Source: Thermoanaerobaculia bacterium (lineage in GTDB: Bacteria; Acidobacteriota; Thermoanaerobaculia; Multivoradales; UBA5704). From it: a DNA stretch of 64,000 nt. The stretch spans positions 64,001 through 128,000 of the forward strand of contig JBGAGQ010000001.1 of the NCBI GenBank assembly GCA_044226625.1, in the 5' to 3' direction. A program made the position numbers and the translations under genes. The notes below the pieces were generated by a model. That model was not told the origin of the DNA and searched no databases. It saw only the letters and a list, made by a program, of their open reading frames with translations. Below are positions 29,797 through 38,693 of this stretch, piece after piece (position 1 is the stretch's first letter; every line of letters begins with the position of its first letter).

Positions 29797-30546
29797 TTGA
29801 AATTAAAAGATATAGGAGGCCACATCGTATCGGGCGTGATCGGAACGGCGATCGGCTACTTCATCACGCAAATTACATCGAAAGACATCGGGCAGGTCGT
29901 GGCTGCACTTTGCCTGACCTTGGTCATCGGTCTGATCGCGCTCGCCGCCGGGAAGGGAGCCTCGCAAACCACCGAGATGCTGAACATGATGCGAAGTCAG
30001 GCTCCGCAGATCGCAATCTATTGGTCGACCTCCTTGGAGCGAGCCGAGATTTACGAGGCATCCTTCAAACTGATCAATGAGGCGAAAGAAAGCATCAGGA
30101 TCGTGAGCTTCCACCGGAGTGAATACATTCGTTCTTCTTCCCGGGATTCCTACTTCGACCGCCTCGAAGAGATCCTGCAACAGAAACAAGCCAGAAATCA
30201 GAGATTCTTGTACCAGAGAATTTTCCAGGTTCCGGACGAAACCTCGGAGCCTTCGGAATCGCTGCTGGGAAAGCGCGAGTTTTCACACTACGAGAAATTG
30301 AAGGCCCTGAGCGTCAAAGGATTCCGCGCTCCGACCAAGATCCGCTTCTCGATCAGCAGCGCCAAGGTCAACACGTCCATGATCGTCGTAGACGGACGTG
30401 CGGCATTGATCGGCATTCTCCAAGCGACCGAAAGCGGGCTGATTCTTTCCATGGCCATCGAGATCTCGGACCAGACCGGACGATTGATCGAGCCGTTCAC
30501 CGAGCTTCTTGACTCGATCGAGAGAGAAGCCAGAGCGCTTCCTTGA
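29797..30546 (+). CDS. hypothetical protein, 2 TM + PLD/TrmB-like domain without catalytic HKD
   Basis: TTG start after GGGGAG; LINEAKESIRIVS and TSMIVVDGRAALIG; visibly more AT-rich than the flanks. Confidence 0.6.
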   Translation: MKLKDIGGHIVSGVIGTAIGYFITQITSKDIGQVVAALCLTLVIGLIALAAGKGASQTTEMLNMMRSQAPQIAIYWSTSLERAEIYEASFKLINEAKESIRIVSFHRSEYIRSSSRDSYFDRLEEILQQKQARNQRFLYQRIFQVPDETSEPSESLLGKREFSHYEKLKALSVKGFRAPTKIRFSISSAKVNTSMIVVDGRAALIGILQATESGLILSMAIEISDQTGRLIEPFTELLDSIEREARALP

Positions 30547-30804
30547 GCGAGACAAGCGATCGCTCCTCAGCGGGCGATCCCCCGGCGCAACGGCGAGGAC
30601 TCTCGGATCCCAACAAGCGCAGGTTCGAGAAATCGAGGGGACGGGCCGAGCTCTAAGGCCATCCCGATCGATGAATTAAACGCTGTCAAGAATCCTTCCA
30701 CGAAAGCGAATGCCCTTTGTGCGAGGGATTCACCCTCGCGGCTTCGCGAGCGATGTAGCGGCTTCTAGAGCCGGCTCCACGCTGGAACGCAAGGAAGGAA
30801 TCGT

Positions 30805-31074
30805 ATGGCTATCGCCGGCCGGAATCTCACCCTTCATCAGATCGAGAGCGAGCTCAACGAGCGCCTCGATCGCACGTTGGCAGAACCCTCGTCGATTTCA
30901 CCCGCCGAGATCCAGGAAAGGGTCCAACGAGCGGCTCGGGATCTGGGGCTGGATGCCGAGACAAGAGTCGAATTTCGCTTCGAACGGAGCACTTCGACGA
31001 GTGGCGGTGAAGTCGCACGTCAGGCGCCCAAGACGGTCGTCGTCGTGGTCGTCGTGGTCGTCGTCGTAAGGTAG
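30805..31074 (+). CDS. 89-aa protein with C-terminal poly-valine (V11) tract
   Basis: AAGGAAGG RBS, ATG, mixed Val codons (GTC/GTG/GTA), terminator directly downstream. Confidence 0.7.
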   Translation: MAIAGRNLTLHQIESELNERLDRTLAEPSSISPAEIQERVQRAARDLGLDAETRVEFRFERSTSTSGGEVARQAPKTVVVVVVVVVVVR

Positions 31075-31087
31075 GAGGAGCTCGTGC

Positions 31088-31120
31088 GAGGGCCTCGGCG
31101 TCGGCCGAGCGCCCTCTTTC
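31088..31120 (+). terminator. terminator-like hairpin
   Basis: GAGGGCCTCGGC-gtcg-GCCGAG(C)GCCCTC followed by TTTC. Confidence 0.6.
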
Positions 31121-31400
31121 AGAAGCGCTCGAGCGGAACCACCCGATGGACTCAATTCGCGGAGCTCGGCCCTCGCCGCCCCAGTCGATCGACGCCGTCG
31201 CCTACAAACCGGCTCGCTGACGCTTCAATCGAGCCCACTCGAGGTCCTCAGGATCCGGCTCCGTGGGGGACACGATCGGCAAAGGTTCGAGGCGGATCCG
31301 TTCCTCCTCCCACCTGCCGAACCGTCAAGACTCAACCGACCCCGGCAAAGCAACTTTCCGAGCTCGAAAACCGTCCCCGAAGGCGCATTTCCGTAGGAAG

Positions 31401-31505
31401 ATCCTGGAAGTCGCTTCTCAGCATGGGAAATCGCCTCCCGGGTCGGCGAGCCTCTTCCTGTGGCAAGAGGGCGCTTCCTGGGCTGGGAAGTCACTTCCTG
31501 GGCTC
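31401..31505. repeat. degenerate 20-bp tandem repeat, about 5 units
   Basis: CTTCCTG-like ends at 31420/31440/31460/31480/31500; best unit GGCTGGGAAGTCACTTCCTG. Confidence 0.55.
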
Positions 31506-31610
31506 GCACCACCCCGACGAGTCGCGGAAGCCCCTTGCGGTGGCGCTACGCCGCGATCTAGGCCCGCCCGAGCCTCCCAGGATCGTCCCACGGACCCGGC
31601 GTCCCCATTT

Positions 31611-31952
31611 TCAGGCCCGCGGGTCGAATCCGAAGACGCGTAGCTCCTGCTCGCATCGGCAGGCTTTCGCAATCCGCGCCGCCCAGGCGACGGCTTCTGC
31701 GCGCGAGTGCAGCTCGAACACGGCAAAGCCGCCGTTGAGCGGCGGCGCCCAGGGGTACCCCCCCTCGGCGACCGAACCGTCGCCGGAGACGAGCACGGGC
31801 GGCACGGCTTCGTCGATTCCGCCGGCGAAGACGTAGACGCCCGCAGCCTTCGCCTCTTCGACCACGGCGGCCGCATCGTTCCCCACCGATTCCAACTCGC
31901 CTTCGGGAACGACCATTGCCGCGCTGGGGAAGGAGATCAGGTATTTGGCCAT
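31611..31952 (-). CDS. YciI/DGPF family protein
   Basis: KAAGVYVFAGG, EGGYP, LNGGFAVFE...EAVAWA. Confidence 0.85.
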   Translation of the reverse strand: MAKYLISFPSAAMVVPEGELESVGNDAAAVVEEAKAAGVYVFAGGIDEAVPPVLVSGDGSVAEGGYPWAPPLNGGFAVFELHSRAEAVAWAARIAKACRCEQELRVFGFDPRA

Positions 31953-32070
31953 GGTGTGCCTTTAGGGAGGTTGGTTGGACGATGCCTCGATGGGCCTGCA
32001 ACTGGTGAAGCGACAGGCTGAGCCTCTGCGGCTCAAAGCCCTCTCCTAGTTTGCATCATAGCGCGAAGCC

Positions 32071-32110
32071 TCGACAGTTTCCGCCGGACCCTGTACAGTC
32101 TCCTGTACGG
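32071..32110 (+). promoter_or_regulatory. yefM-yoeB promoter/operator
   Basis: TCGACA-N17-TACAGT overlapped by TGTACA (32092) and TGTACG (32104), 12 bp apart, as in the E. coli YefM operator. Confidence 0.7.
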
Positions 32111-32124
32111 AAGGAGCACCAGAG

Positions 32125-32376
32125 ATGAACACGCTCTCCTACACTCAGGCTCGGGCGCAGCTCGCAAAAACCATGGAATCGGTGTGCGATCGGCACGAGC
32201 CGGTGATCATTACCCGCAATGGTGAGGACTCCGTGGTGATGCTGTCGCTCGAGGACTTCAAGTCTCTCGAAGAGACGGCCTACCTCTTGCGCAGCCCGAA
32301 AAACGCCCGGCGCCTTCTCGATTCGATCGCCGAGCTTGAGCGGGGCGGCGGGGTCGAGCGCGAGCTGGCCGAGTGA
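32125..32376 (+). CDS. yefM: Phd/YefM antitoxin
   Basis: SYTQARAQLA...EPVIITR...SLEETAYLLRSPKNARRL. Confidence 0.95.
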   Translation: MNTLSYTQARAQLAKTMESVCDRHEPVIITRNGEDSVVMLSLEDFKSLEETAYLLRSPKNARRLLDSIAELERGGGVERELAE

Positions 32377-32627
32377 AGCTGGTCTTTTCGGAGCAGGCCT
32401 GGGAGGACTATCTCCACTGGCAAAAGACCGACCGACATCTGCTCGAGCGGGTGAACCTACTAATCCGCGAGATTCAGCGCGATCCCTTCCGCGGCCTGGG
32501 CAAGCCCGAACCGCTTCGGCATGCCCTCAAAGGGTATTGGTCGCGGCGGGTCAATGACGAGCACCGGATCGTCTATCGCATGGAGGGTGATTCCGTGCTC
32601 ATCGCCCAGGTGCGCTACCACTACTGA
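32373..32627 (+). CDS. yoeB: Txe/YoeB toxin
   Basis: AWEDYLHWQ, GKPEPL, WSRR..EHRIVY, RYHY; GTGA overlap with yefM. Confidence 0.95.
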   Translation: MKLVFSEQAWEDYLHWQKTDRHLLERVNLLIREIQRDPFRGLGKPEPLRHALKGYWSRRVNDEHRIVYRMEGDSVLIAQVRYHY

Positions 32628-32759
32628 TCGGGCACGAACGACCGCTGGACCAGCCTCCGCGACATCGCTGCGACGGATATCACTTCCGTTTCCTGTGCGG
32701 GCTCCGCCCCTACTTCGCTGGCAGACAGCTCGGCGAGCCCGGGGAGAGCCCGCTTTCGA

Positions 32760-33893
32760 TTACCGCAACATACTCCGCGCAATCACCAGCCGCTGCATCT
32801 CGCTGGTCCCTTCGTAGATCGTGGTCACGCGTACGTCTCGATACAGCCGGGAGATCTCGTAGTCGGCGTGGAAGCCGTTGCCGCCGTGAATTTGGAGGCT
32901 TTCGGCGCAGGCTCGGTTCGCGGCTTCGGAGGCGTAGAGCTTGGCTTGGGCGGCGAGGCGGCCGGCTTCGTTTCCGTGCTCGATCGCGGCGCGGTAGGTG
33001 AGGGCGCGGGAGGCGGCGAGCTCGGTGGCGATCTGGGCGATCTTCCATTGGATCGCTTGGTGCTCGGCGATCGGACGGCCGAATTGGACGCGCTCTTTGG
33101 CGTAGGAGACCGCGAGCTCGAGGGCCCTCTGGTGGATACCGAGCGCCTGGGCGGCGATGCCCACGCGGGAGTGGTCGAGGGTCGACTTGGCGATCGCGAG
33201 GCCGCGGCCCTCTTCGCCGAGCAGGAATTCGGACGGGATGCGGCATTGATTGAAGGTGATCGCCGCCGTGCGCGAGGCGCGGAGCCCCATCTTCTCCTCG
33301 GGCTTGCCGACGCCGAAGCCCGGCGCGTCGGCCGGCACCGCGAAGGCCGAGATGCCTTTCTTGCCCGCGTTCGGGTCGGTGCGCGCGAGCACCACGTACC
33401 AGGAGGCGAAACCGGCGTTGGTGATCCACGCCTTCTCGCCGTCGAGCACCCAGGCGTCGCCGTCGCGCTTCGCGGTCGTGCGCATCGAGGAGGGGTCGGA
33501 GCCGGCGCCGGGCTCGGTCAAGCCGAAGCCGCCGAGCTTGCCGCTCGCGAGGTCCGGCAGCGCGCGGCTCTTCGCCGCTTCGCCGCCGAAGGTCTGGATC
33601 GGCCAGGCGCAGACGGAGTTGGTGACGCTCATGGTCACGGCAACCGAAGGGCAGACGCGCGCCAGCTCTTCCACCGCGATCGCGTAGGTGAGCACGTCGG
33701 CGCCCGCGCCGCCGTAGCTTTCGGGGATCATCATGCCGAGCAGGCCGAGCTCGGCCATCTCGGCCATCACGTCGCTCGGGAACTCGTGGTCGCGGTCGCG
33801 CTGGTCCACGCCCGGCCGGATTCGCTCCTCGGCGAATCGGCGCACCTGCTCGCGCAGCAGCTCCTGGTCTTCCGAGAGGCCGAAGTCGATCAT
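32760..33893 (-). CDS. acyl-CoA dehydrogenase
   Basis: LTEPGAGSD, KAWITN, IHGGNG, IYEGTSE; ATG 33893 overlaps the upstream stop. Confidence 0.93.
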   Translation of the reverse strand: MIDFGLSEDQELLREQVRRFAEERIRPGVDQRDRDHEFPSDVMAEMAELGLLGMMIPESYGGAGADVLTYAIAVEELARVCPSVAVTMSVTNSVCAWPIQTFGGEAAKSRALPDLASGKLGGFGLTEPGAGSDPSSMRTTAKRDGDAWVLDGEKAWITNAGFASWYVVLARTDPNAGKKGISAFAVPADAPGFGVGKPEEKMGLRASRTAAITFNQCRIPSEFLLGEEGRGLAIAKSTLDHSRVGIAAQALGIHQRALELAVSYAKERVQFGRPIAEHQAIQWKIAQIATELAASRALTYRAAIEHGNEAGRLAAQAKLYASEAANRACAESLQIHGGNGFHADYEISRLYRDVRVTTIYEGTSEMQRLVIARSMLR

Positions 33894-35035
33894 GCCTTGT
33901 TGATCACCCAATCCGCGATCACCATCTTCTGGATCTCGCTCGTGCCCTCGTAGATCTCGGTGATCCGGGCGTCGCGGAAGTAGCGCTCGACGTTGTATTC
34001 CTTGGTGTAGCCGTAACCGCCGTGGATCTGGAGCGCCTTGTTGGTCACCCGCTGCGCCATCTCGGCCGAGAACAGCTTGGCCTGCGCGGCCTCGAGCGTG
34101 AACCGCTTCTGGTTCTCCTTCGCCCACGCGGCTTTCCAGACCAGCAGGCGCGCGGCGTCGAGCTCGGTCGCCATGTCGGCGAGGTAGAACTGGATCGCCT
34201 GGAACTCCGAGATCGCCTGGCCGAACTGCTTGCGCTGCTGGGCGTAGGCGACCGCCTCTTCGAACGCCCCCTGGGCGATACCCACCGCCTGCGCGGCGAT
34301 GCCGATCCGGCCGCCGTCGAGCGTCGCCATGGCGATCTTGAAGCCGTCGCCCTCTTCACCCAGCCGGTTCGCCGCCGGGATCCGCAGGTCCTGGAACGCC
34401 AGCTCCGTGGTACCCGAGGCGTTCACGCCGAGCTTGAACTCGTGGGTGCCGTGGCTGTAGCCGGGGGTGTCGGTCGGCACGATGAAGCAGGTGATCCCCT
34501 TGTGCTTCTTCGCGAGGTCGACGCTCGCGAAGACGAGCGCGATGTCGGCGTCGGTGCCGTTGGTGATGAAGACTTTGTTGCCGTTCAGGACGTACGAGTC
34601 GCCGTCTTTCCGCGCGGTGGACAGCAGCCCGCCGGCGTCGCTCCCCGCGCCCGGCTCGGTGAGCGCGAAGCAGCCGAGCTTCTGGCCCGCGGCGAGGGGG
34701 GTGAGGAACTCCTTCTTCTGCGCCTCGGTGCCGAATTTCAAGAGCGGATCGCAGACAAGGGAGTTGTTGACCGAGAGGATGACGCCCGAGGTGGCGCAGA
34801 CGCGGCTGATTTCTTCGATCACGAGCGTGTAGGCGATCGTGTCCATGCCGGCGCCGCCGTACTCCTCGGGCACCGCGACGCCGCCCAGGCCCAGCTCGCC
34901 CGCCTGGTCGAAGAAGCTGCGCGGGAACTCGCCCGACTCGTCGATCTCCTTGGCCCGCGGCTTGACGACCTCCTCGGCGAACCGGCGAATGTTTTCACGC
35001 AGTAACTGCTGCTCCTCGGTGAGCTCGATCTTCAT
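33890..35035 (-). CDS. acyl-CoA dehydrogenase (butyryl-CoA/short-chain type)
   Basis: FALTEPGAGSD, KVFITN, IHGGYGY, IYEGTSE. Confidence 0.95.
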   Translation of the reverse strand: MKIELTEEQQLLRENIRRFAEEVVKPRAKEIDESGEFPRSFFDQAGELGLGGVAVPEEYGGAGMDTIAYTLVIEEISRVCATSGVILSVNNSLVCDPLLKFGTEAQKKEFLTPLAAGQKLGCFALTEPGAGSDAGGLLSTARKDGDSYVLNGNKVFITNGTDADIALVFASVDLAKKHKGITCFIVPTDTPGYSHGTHEFKLGVNASGTTELAFQDLRIPAANRLGEEGDGFKIAMATLDGGRIGIAAQAVGIAQGAFEEAVAYAQQRKQFGQAISEFQAIQFYLADMATELDAARLLVWKAAWAKENQKRFTLEAAQAKLFSAEMAQRVTNKALQIHGGYGYTKEYNVERYFRDARITEIYEGTSEIQKMVIADWVINKA

Positions 35036-35240
35036 GCGCGTTCCTATGGCGAATCCTGCACTCGCGGAGGGAGAGAAAAATCAGGGAGAGACGGAAGGGC
35101 GAACGCCCGGGAACCGACCCGGATCGTAGCAACCGGGCAAAGAGAGGGTCAAGGAACGATACGGGACGGGTCCCCGCCCCCCTGGGAGACCGCTCGGCAT
35201 CTCCGGGGTGCGTGCGCCTATAGGAAGAAGGAAAGGAGGC

Positions 35241-37013
35241 CTACGCGGTCGCCGTGCGCTCGCCCGACATGATGCGCCAGCCGATGACTTTTTCATCGAT
35301 CTCGCGCAGCCGGTTGGCGATCAGGCGGCAGAGTAGCTGGAGGAACTCGAGCGAGGCGTGGGGGTCCATCGCCAGGACCTCGCGCACGGTCGCCTGGTTG
35401 AGCGCGAGCGCGGTCATCGGTCCGCCGTGGGCGCGGGCGTCGGCCGAGCGGGGCTGGCCGTCGATCAGCGACATCTCGCCGAAGAAGTCACCGCGGTCGA
35501 GGATCGCGAGCGCCTCTTCCCCGCCGCCCGGGATGAACTTGCTGATCATCGCCTTGCCTTCGAGGATGACGTACATCTCGGCGCCCTGGTCGCCCTCCTG
35601 GAAGACGTAGGCGCCCGCGGCGTAGCGCACTTCCTTGGAGAAGGTGGCGAGCGTCATCAGCTCGCGGCGCGAGAGCCCTTGCTCGCGGAACAGGCGAATC
35701 TTGTCGGAGCTGTCGACCGTCACGGCGCCCAGGACCGCGGCGTTCGCCGGCTGGCGGCGCAGGCGGAGGAAATTCTCCGGCTGCGACTCGGCGTTGAAGA
35801 ACCCCTTGAGCTGCTCGTTGGTGCCGCGCAGCTTCCGCGCGAGCGCATGCCAGAGGATCCAGGCGAACTGGCTGCCGAGCTCCGGGCTGTCTTCGATCAG
35901 CGAATCGAGCGCCGAGGCGTCGATGCGCAGGACCTGAGTCGTTTCGGCGGCGATCGCGTCGCCGGTGCGCGGCTGGCCGGTGACGTAGCTCGCCTCGCCG
36001 AACATCTCGCCCGAGCCGTAGCTGCCGAGCACGAACGTGCCGTACGAGGTCGGACGCTGGATCGCGACCTCCCCGTCCTCGATCAGGTAGAGGTCGCGCC
36101 CCTCGTGCTGGTGGGCGAAGATTAAGCTGCCGGCTTCGAACGTCTCGGATTCGACCGCGCGGGTGAGCTTGAAGATCAGCTCGTCGGGCAGGTGGGCGAA
36201 GAGGCGGATGCGGCGCAGGCGCGTCGCCACCTCCAGCTGCCCCCCCGGCATGCGGCGCGGCATGGCGCCCGGCCCGGCGACGCCGCGCGGCAGGAGACCG
36301 TCGGCTTCGAGCTGTCGCTCGCGGTGCCACTCGAGGCGGTCGAACGCGACGTGGAGCGCGTCTTGCCGCTCGTGGAACTGGAGCGCGAGCTCGCGCGTTC
36401 CCCAGCCAAGGATCTGTTTGAGCGTCTGGATGCGGCGGCGCAGCCGGTCGCTGCCGTCGTGGTCCGCCTCGTTGAGAAGCAGGAAGGCGTGAATCGTCGC
36501 GCGCAACGCGTCCTCGTGCCGTTGGCGCTCGAGCTCGGCGCGGCCGAGGATCTCGGCGGTCTCGCGATCGAACGGGTTGAACCGGAGCGCCTGTGCCAGC
36601 TCCTCCGCCGCCGCCTCGTACTCCTTCTTGCGGAAGTGGAGGCGTCCGAGCAGCTTGTGGCGGGACGGCCCGGCGTCGTCCTTCGCCCGCGCCATGTCGA
36701 GGCATTCGAGCGCGCGGGCGCTTTCGCCCTTCTCGGCGTAGAGGTGGGCCAGGCCGACGAACTGTGCGGCGTCGATCGAGCTACGGCGATGCTCTTCCCG
36801 TAGCCGTTCGCGCAGACCGCGCGGCGGCTTGCCCTGGCGGGCGGCCTGGCGCTTCCTCACCTCGGCGAGGCCGAGCTTGATTCCGAGGTTCGCCGGCTCG
36901 ATCCGCAGCGCGACGAGGAACAGCTCGGCCGCCTCCTCGAACTGCTCCCGCTCACCGAAGCGGCGCGCGAGCTCGAGCAGCGTTTCGAGATCGTTGTGCG
37001 GTTCGATCGCCAT
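35241..37013 (-). CDS. TPR + two cyclic-nucleotide-binding domains
   Basis: TPR N-terminus; FGEAS..PRTG and FFGEMSLIDGQPRSADA. Confidence 0.88.
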   Translation of the reverse strand: MAIEPHNDLETLLELARRFGEREQFEEAAELFLVALRIEPANLGIKLGLAEVRKRQAARQGKPPRGLRERLREEHRRSSIDAAQFVGLAHLYAEKGESARALECLDMARAKDDAGPSRHKLLGRLHFRKKEYEAAAEELAQALRFNPFDRETAEILGRAELERQRHEDALRATIHAFLLLNEADHDGSDRLRRRIQTLKQILGWGTRELALQFHERQDALHVAFDRLEWHRERQLEADGLLPRGVAGPGAMPRRMPGGQLEVATRLRRIRLFAHLPDELIFKLTRAVESETFEAGSLIFAHQHEGRDLYLIEDGEVAIQRPTSYGTFVLGSYGSGEMFGEASYVTGQPRTGDAIAAETTQVLRIDASALDSLIEDSPELGSQFAWILWHALARKLRGTNEQLKGFFNAESQPENFLRLRRQPANAAVLGAVTVDSSDKIRLFREQGLSRRELMTLATFSKEVRYAAGAYVFQEGDQGAEMYVILEGKAMISKFIPGGGEEALAILDRGDFFGEMSLIDGQPRSADARAHGGPMTALALNQATVREVLAMDPHASLEFLQLLCRLIANRLREIDEKVIGWRIMSGERTATA

Positions 37014-37155
37014 GAGAAAAACTCTACCGTAGTGTAGCTCAGTTCGCGGCCGGGCCGGATCCGCTTCCGCAGGCCCATCCCTTTTTTACACGCGCTCGCT
37101 CCCATGCTCTAGACCGCAGCCCAACGGGTCGGTCCCCCGAGAGCGAACGGCGGGA

Positions 37156-37184
37156 TTGCAACGTCAAATAGATTCTTGTACATT
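37156..37184 (+). promoter_or_regulatory. putative sigma70 promoter in a divergent intergenic region
   Basis: TTGCAA-N17-TACATT in an AT-rich patch, 10 nt before ATG 37195. Confidence 0.5.
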
Positions 37185-37194
37185 TTTCCGTTAG

Positions 37195-37875
37195 ATGAGC
37201 TCGTGGATCGGCGGTTTCGTGGCCACGGGGCGTTCGCGCGCCGTGCGGTCGCCGGAGTACCAACAGGCGCTCCAGGGGATCGAACAGTGCCGGCGAGGCG
37301 ACTGGAACGAGGGCATCGGCCACCTCGCCAAGGCGGCGGCGAGCGCCGAGCGCGGCTCGCTGCCGGGGCTGGTTTTCTCGTTCCTGGGGTACGGGCTCGC
37401 GCTCAAAGAGGGGCGGGTCGACGACGGGCTCGCCCTCTGCCGCCACGCCCTGCGCGTCCAGCTGTTCGAGCCGGAAAACCATCTCAACCTCGCGCGCACC
37501 CAACTGCTAGCGGACGACCGGTCGGCCGCCTATCGCACGGTGCGGGAAGGGCTCCGCGTCGACCGCAACGACAAGGAGCTGCAGGCGATGCGCCGGCAGC
37601 TCGGCGTACGCCGGCCGCCGGTGTTCTCGTTCCTGGCGCGGCACCATCCGCTCAACCGCGCGTTCGGCCGGCTGCGCCACGCCGTGATGTCGGTCTTCAA
37701 CGCGGAGCTCGAAGCGCCCAAGCCGCGGGCGCGCCCGGCGAGCAACGTGGCACGCGCAGCTTCCGAGGCCGCGCCGAGCCCGGCGTCTCCGACCGCTACT
37801 TCCGCGTCGAGTCCGACGCGGCCGGCTCCCCCGGGGCCGAAATCACTAGTTGCATCGCGGGGTCGAGCGTCATGA
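37195..37875 (+). CDS. TPR-like hypothetical protein
   Basis: SFLGYGLA..ALCRHAL..ENHLNLAR..LGVRRPPVFSFLARHHPLN. Confidence 0.75.
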   Translation: MSSWIGGFVATGRSRAVRSPEYQQALQGIEQCRRGDWNEGIGHLAKAAASAERGSLPGLVFSFLGYGLALKEGRVDDGLALCRHALRVQLFEPENHLNLARTQLLADDRSAAYRTVREGLRVDRNDKELQAMRRQLGVRRPPVFSFLARHHPLNRAFGRLRHAVMSVFNAELEAPKPRARPASNVARAASEAAPSPASPTATSASSPTRPAPPGPKSLVASRGRAS

Positions 37876-38614
37876 ACAGCCGCCGCGCTTCGTCGGGCGC
37901 CAGGTAGAGCACGATCCGCCGCGGCACCGGCTGGCCGATCGCCCGCCGGCCGATCCACTGCCACCCTTCATAGAGCCGGAACCGGACCCGCCAGAGGCGC
38001 GCGAGCGCCGACTCGTCGGGGGCATCGACGCCACTTTCGCCGCGGATCGAGACCTCGAGCGCAGGCTCGAAGCGCAACCGATAGTGCGTGGGCATCTGCG
38101 CCATCGATTCGGCGCGCGCCTCGGAGACTGCGAGGCTGCTCGAGCCGGCGCCGGCTCCCTCGGGGGAGCGGATCGGGATCAGAGGCCGCTCCGGCTCGGG
38201 CAGCTCCGTGGTCAAACGGAAACGGGCGACGGGGAGCGCTCCGCGGTCGCCGAAACGGGGGCGCCCGAACAGGCCGCGCTCGACCTCGAAGCGGCGCAGG
38301 AGCAGGCCGTCCACCTTGAGATCGAGATGCCCGGCGCGCGGGTCGAGAGCCCAGTAGATCGCGTGGGTCTTCGCCGCGGCGACCTCGGCGGCGAGCGCCG
38401 CGGCCTGCTCCTCGGGGCTCGCCGGCGCGGCGGGAGCCACCGCTCCTGAGGGAGCGCTCCCGAGGCGCTGGGGATCGCTCACGAAGTTCCAGGCGACGCC
38501 CGCGAGCACGGCGAGGGCGAGGACGATCGCCGCGCGTCTGCCCGGGCCACGCAGATGCGCGAGGCCCTCGAAACGCGAGCGCTTGAACGCGCTCCCCCCG
38601 TAGCCCCGGCTCAC
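37796..38614 (-). CDS. membrane-anchored YkuD-like protein, catalytic residues apparently absent
   Basis: N-terminal TM; YWALD...LDLKVDGLLLRRF; C-terminal IVLYLAPDEARRLF..L....QLVI. Confidence 0.65.
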   Translation of the reverse strand: MSRGYGGSAFKRSRFEGLAHLRGPGRRAAIVLALAVLAGVAWNFVSDPQRLGSAPSGAVAPAAPASPEEQAAALAAEVAAAKTHAIYWALDPRAGHLDLKVDGLLLRRFEVERGLFGRPRFGDRGALPVARFRLTTELPEPERPLIPIRSPEGAGAGSSSLAVSEARAESMAQMPTHYRLRFEPALEVSIRGESGVDAPDESALARLWRVRFRLYEGWQWIGRRAIGQPVPRRIVLYLAPDEARRLFMTLDPAMQLVISAPGEPAASDSTRK

Positions 38615-38693
38615 CGGGCCACCCCGTCGCCGCGGCGGCGAGCGAGCGACGGCCCGGAGAGATGGTAGTCAGAACGACCCGGCCCGGCGAAGC

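Noticed and set aside
31021-31120. Valine-sensing attenuator (ilv leader-like)
   Set aside because: The ORF is 89 aa and no co-oriented amino-acid biosynthesis gene follows the hairpin
31084-31836. 250-aa + strand ORF after the poly-Val gene
   Set aside because: Runs through a terminator and a 20-bp repeat, overlaps YciI antisense, and has low-complexity R/S/P composition
29600-32700. Mobile element call for the accessory islet
   Set aside because: No integrase, transposase, tRNA or flanking direct repeats seen
35159-35168. Isolated ATACGGGACG, the reverse complement of the array core, upstream of the acyl-CoA dehydrogenases
   Set aside because: A single 10-nt match in 64 kb is plausible by chance
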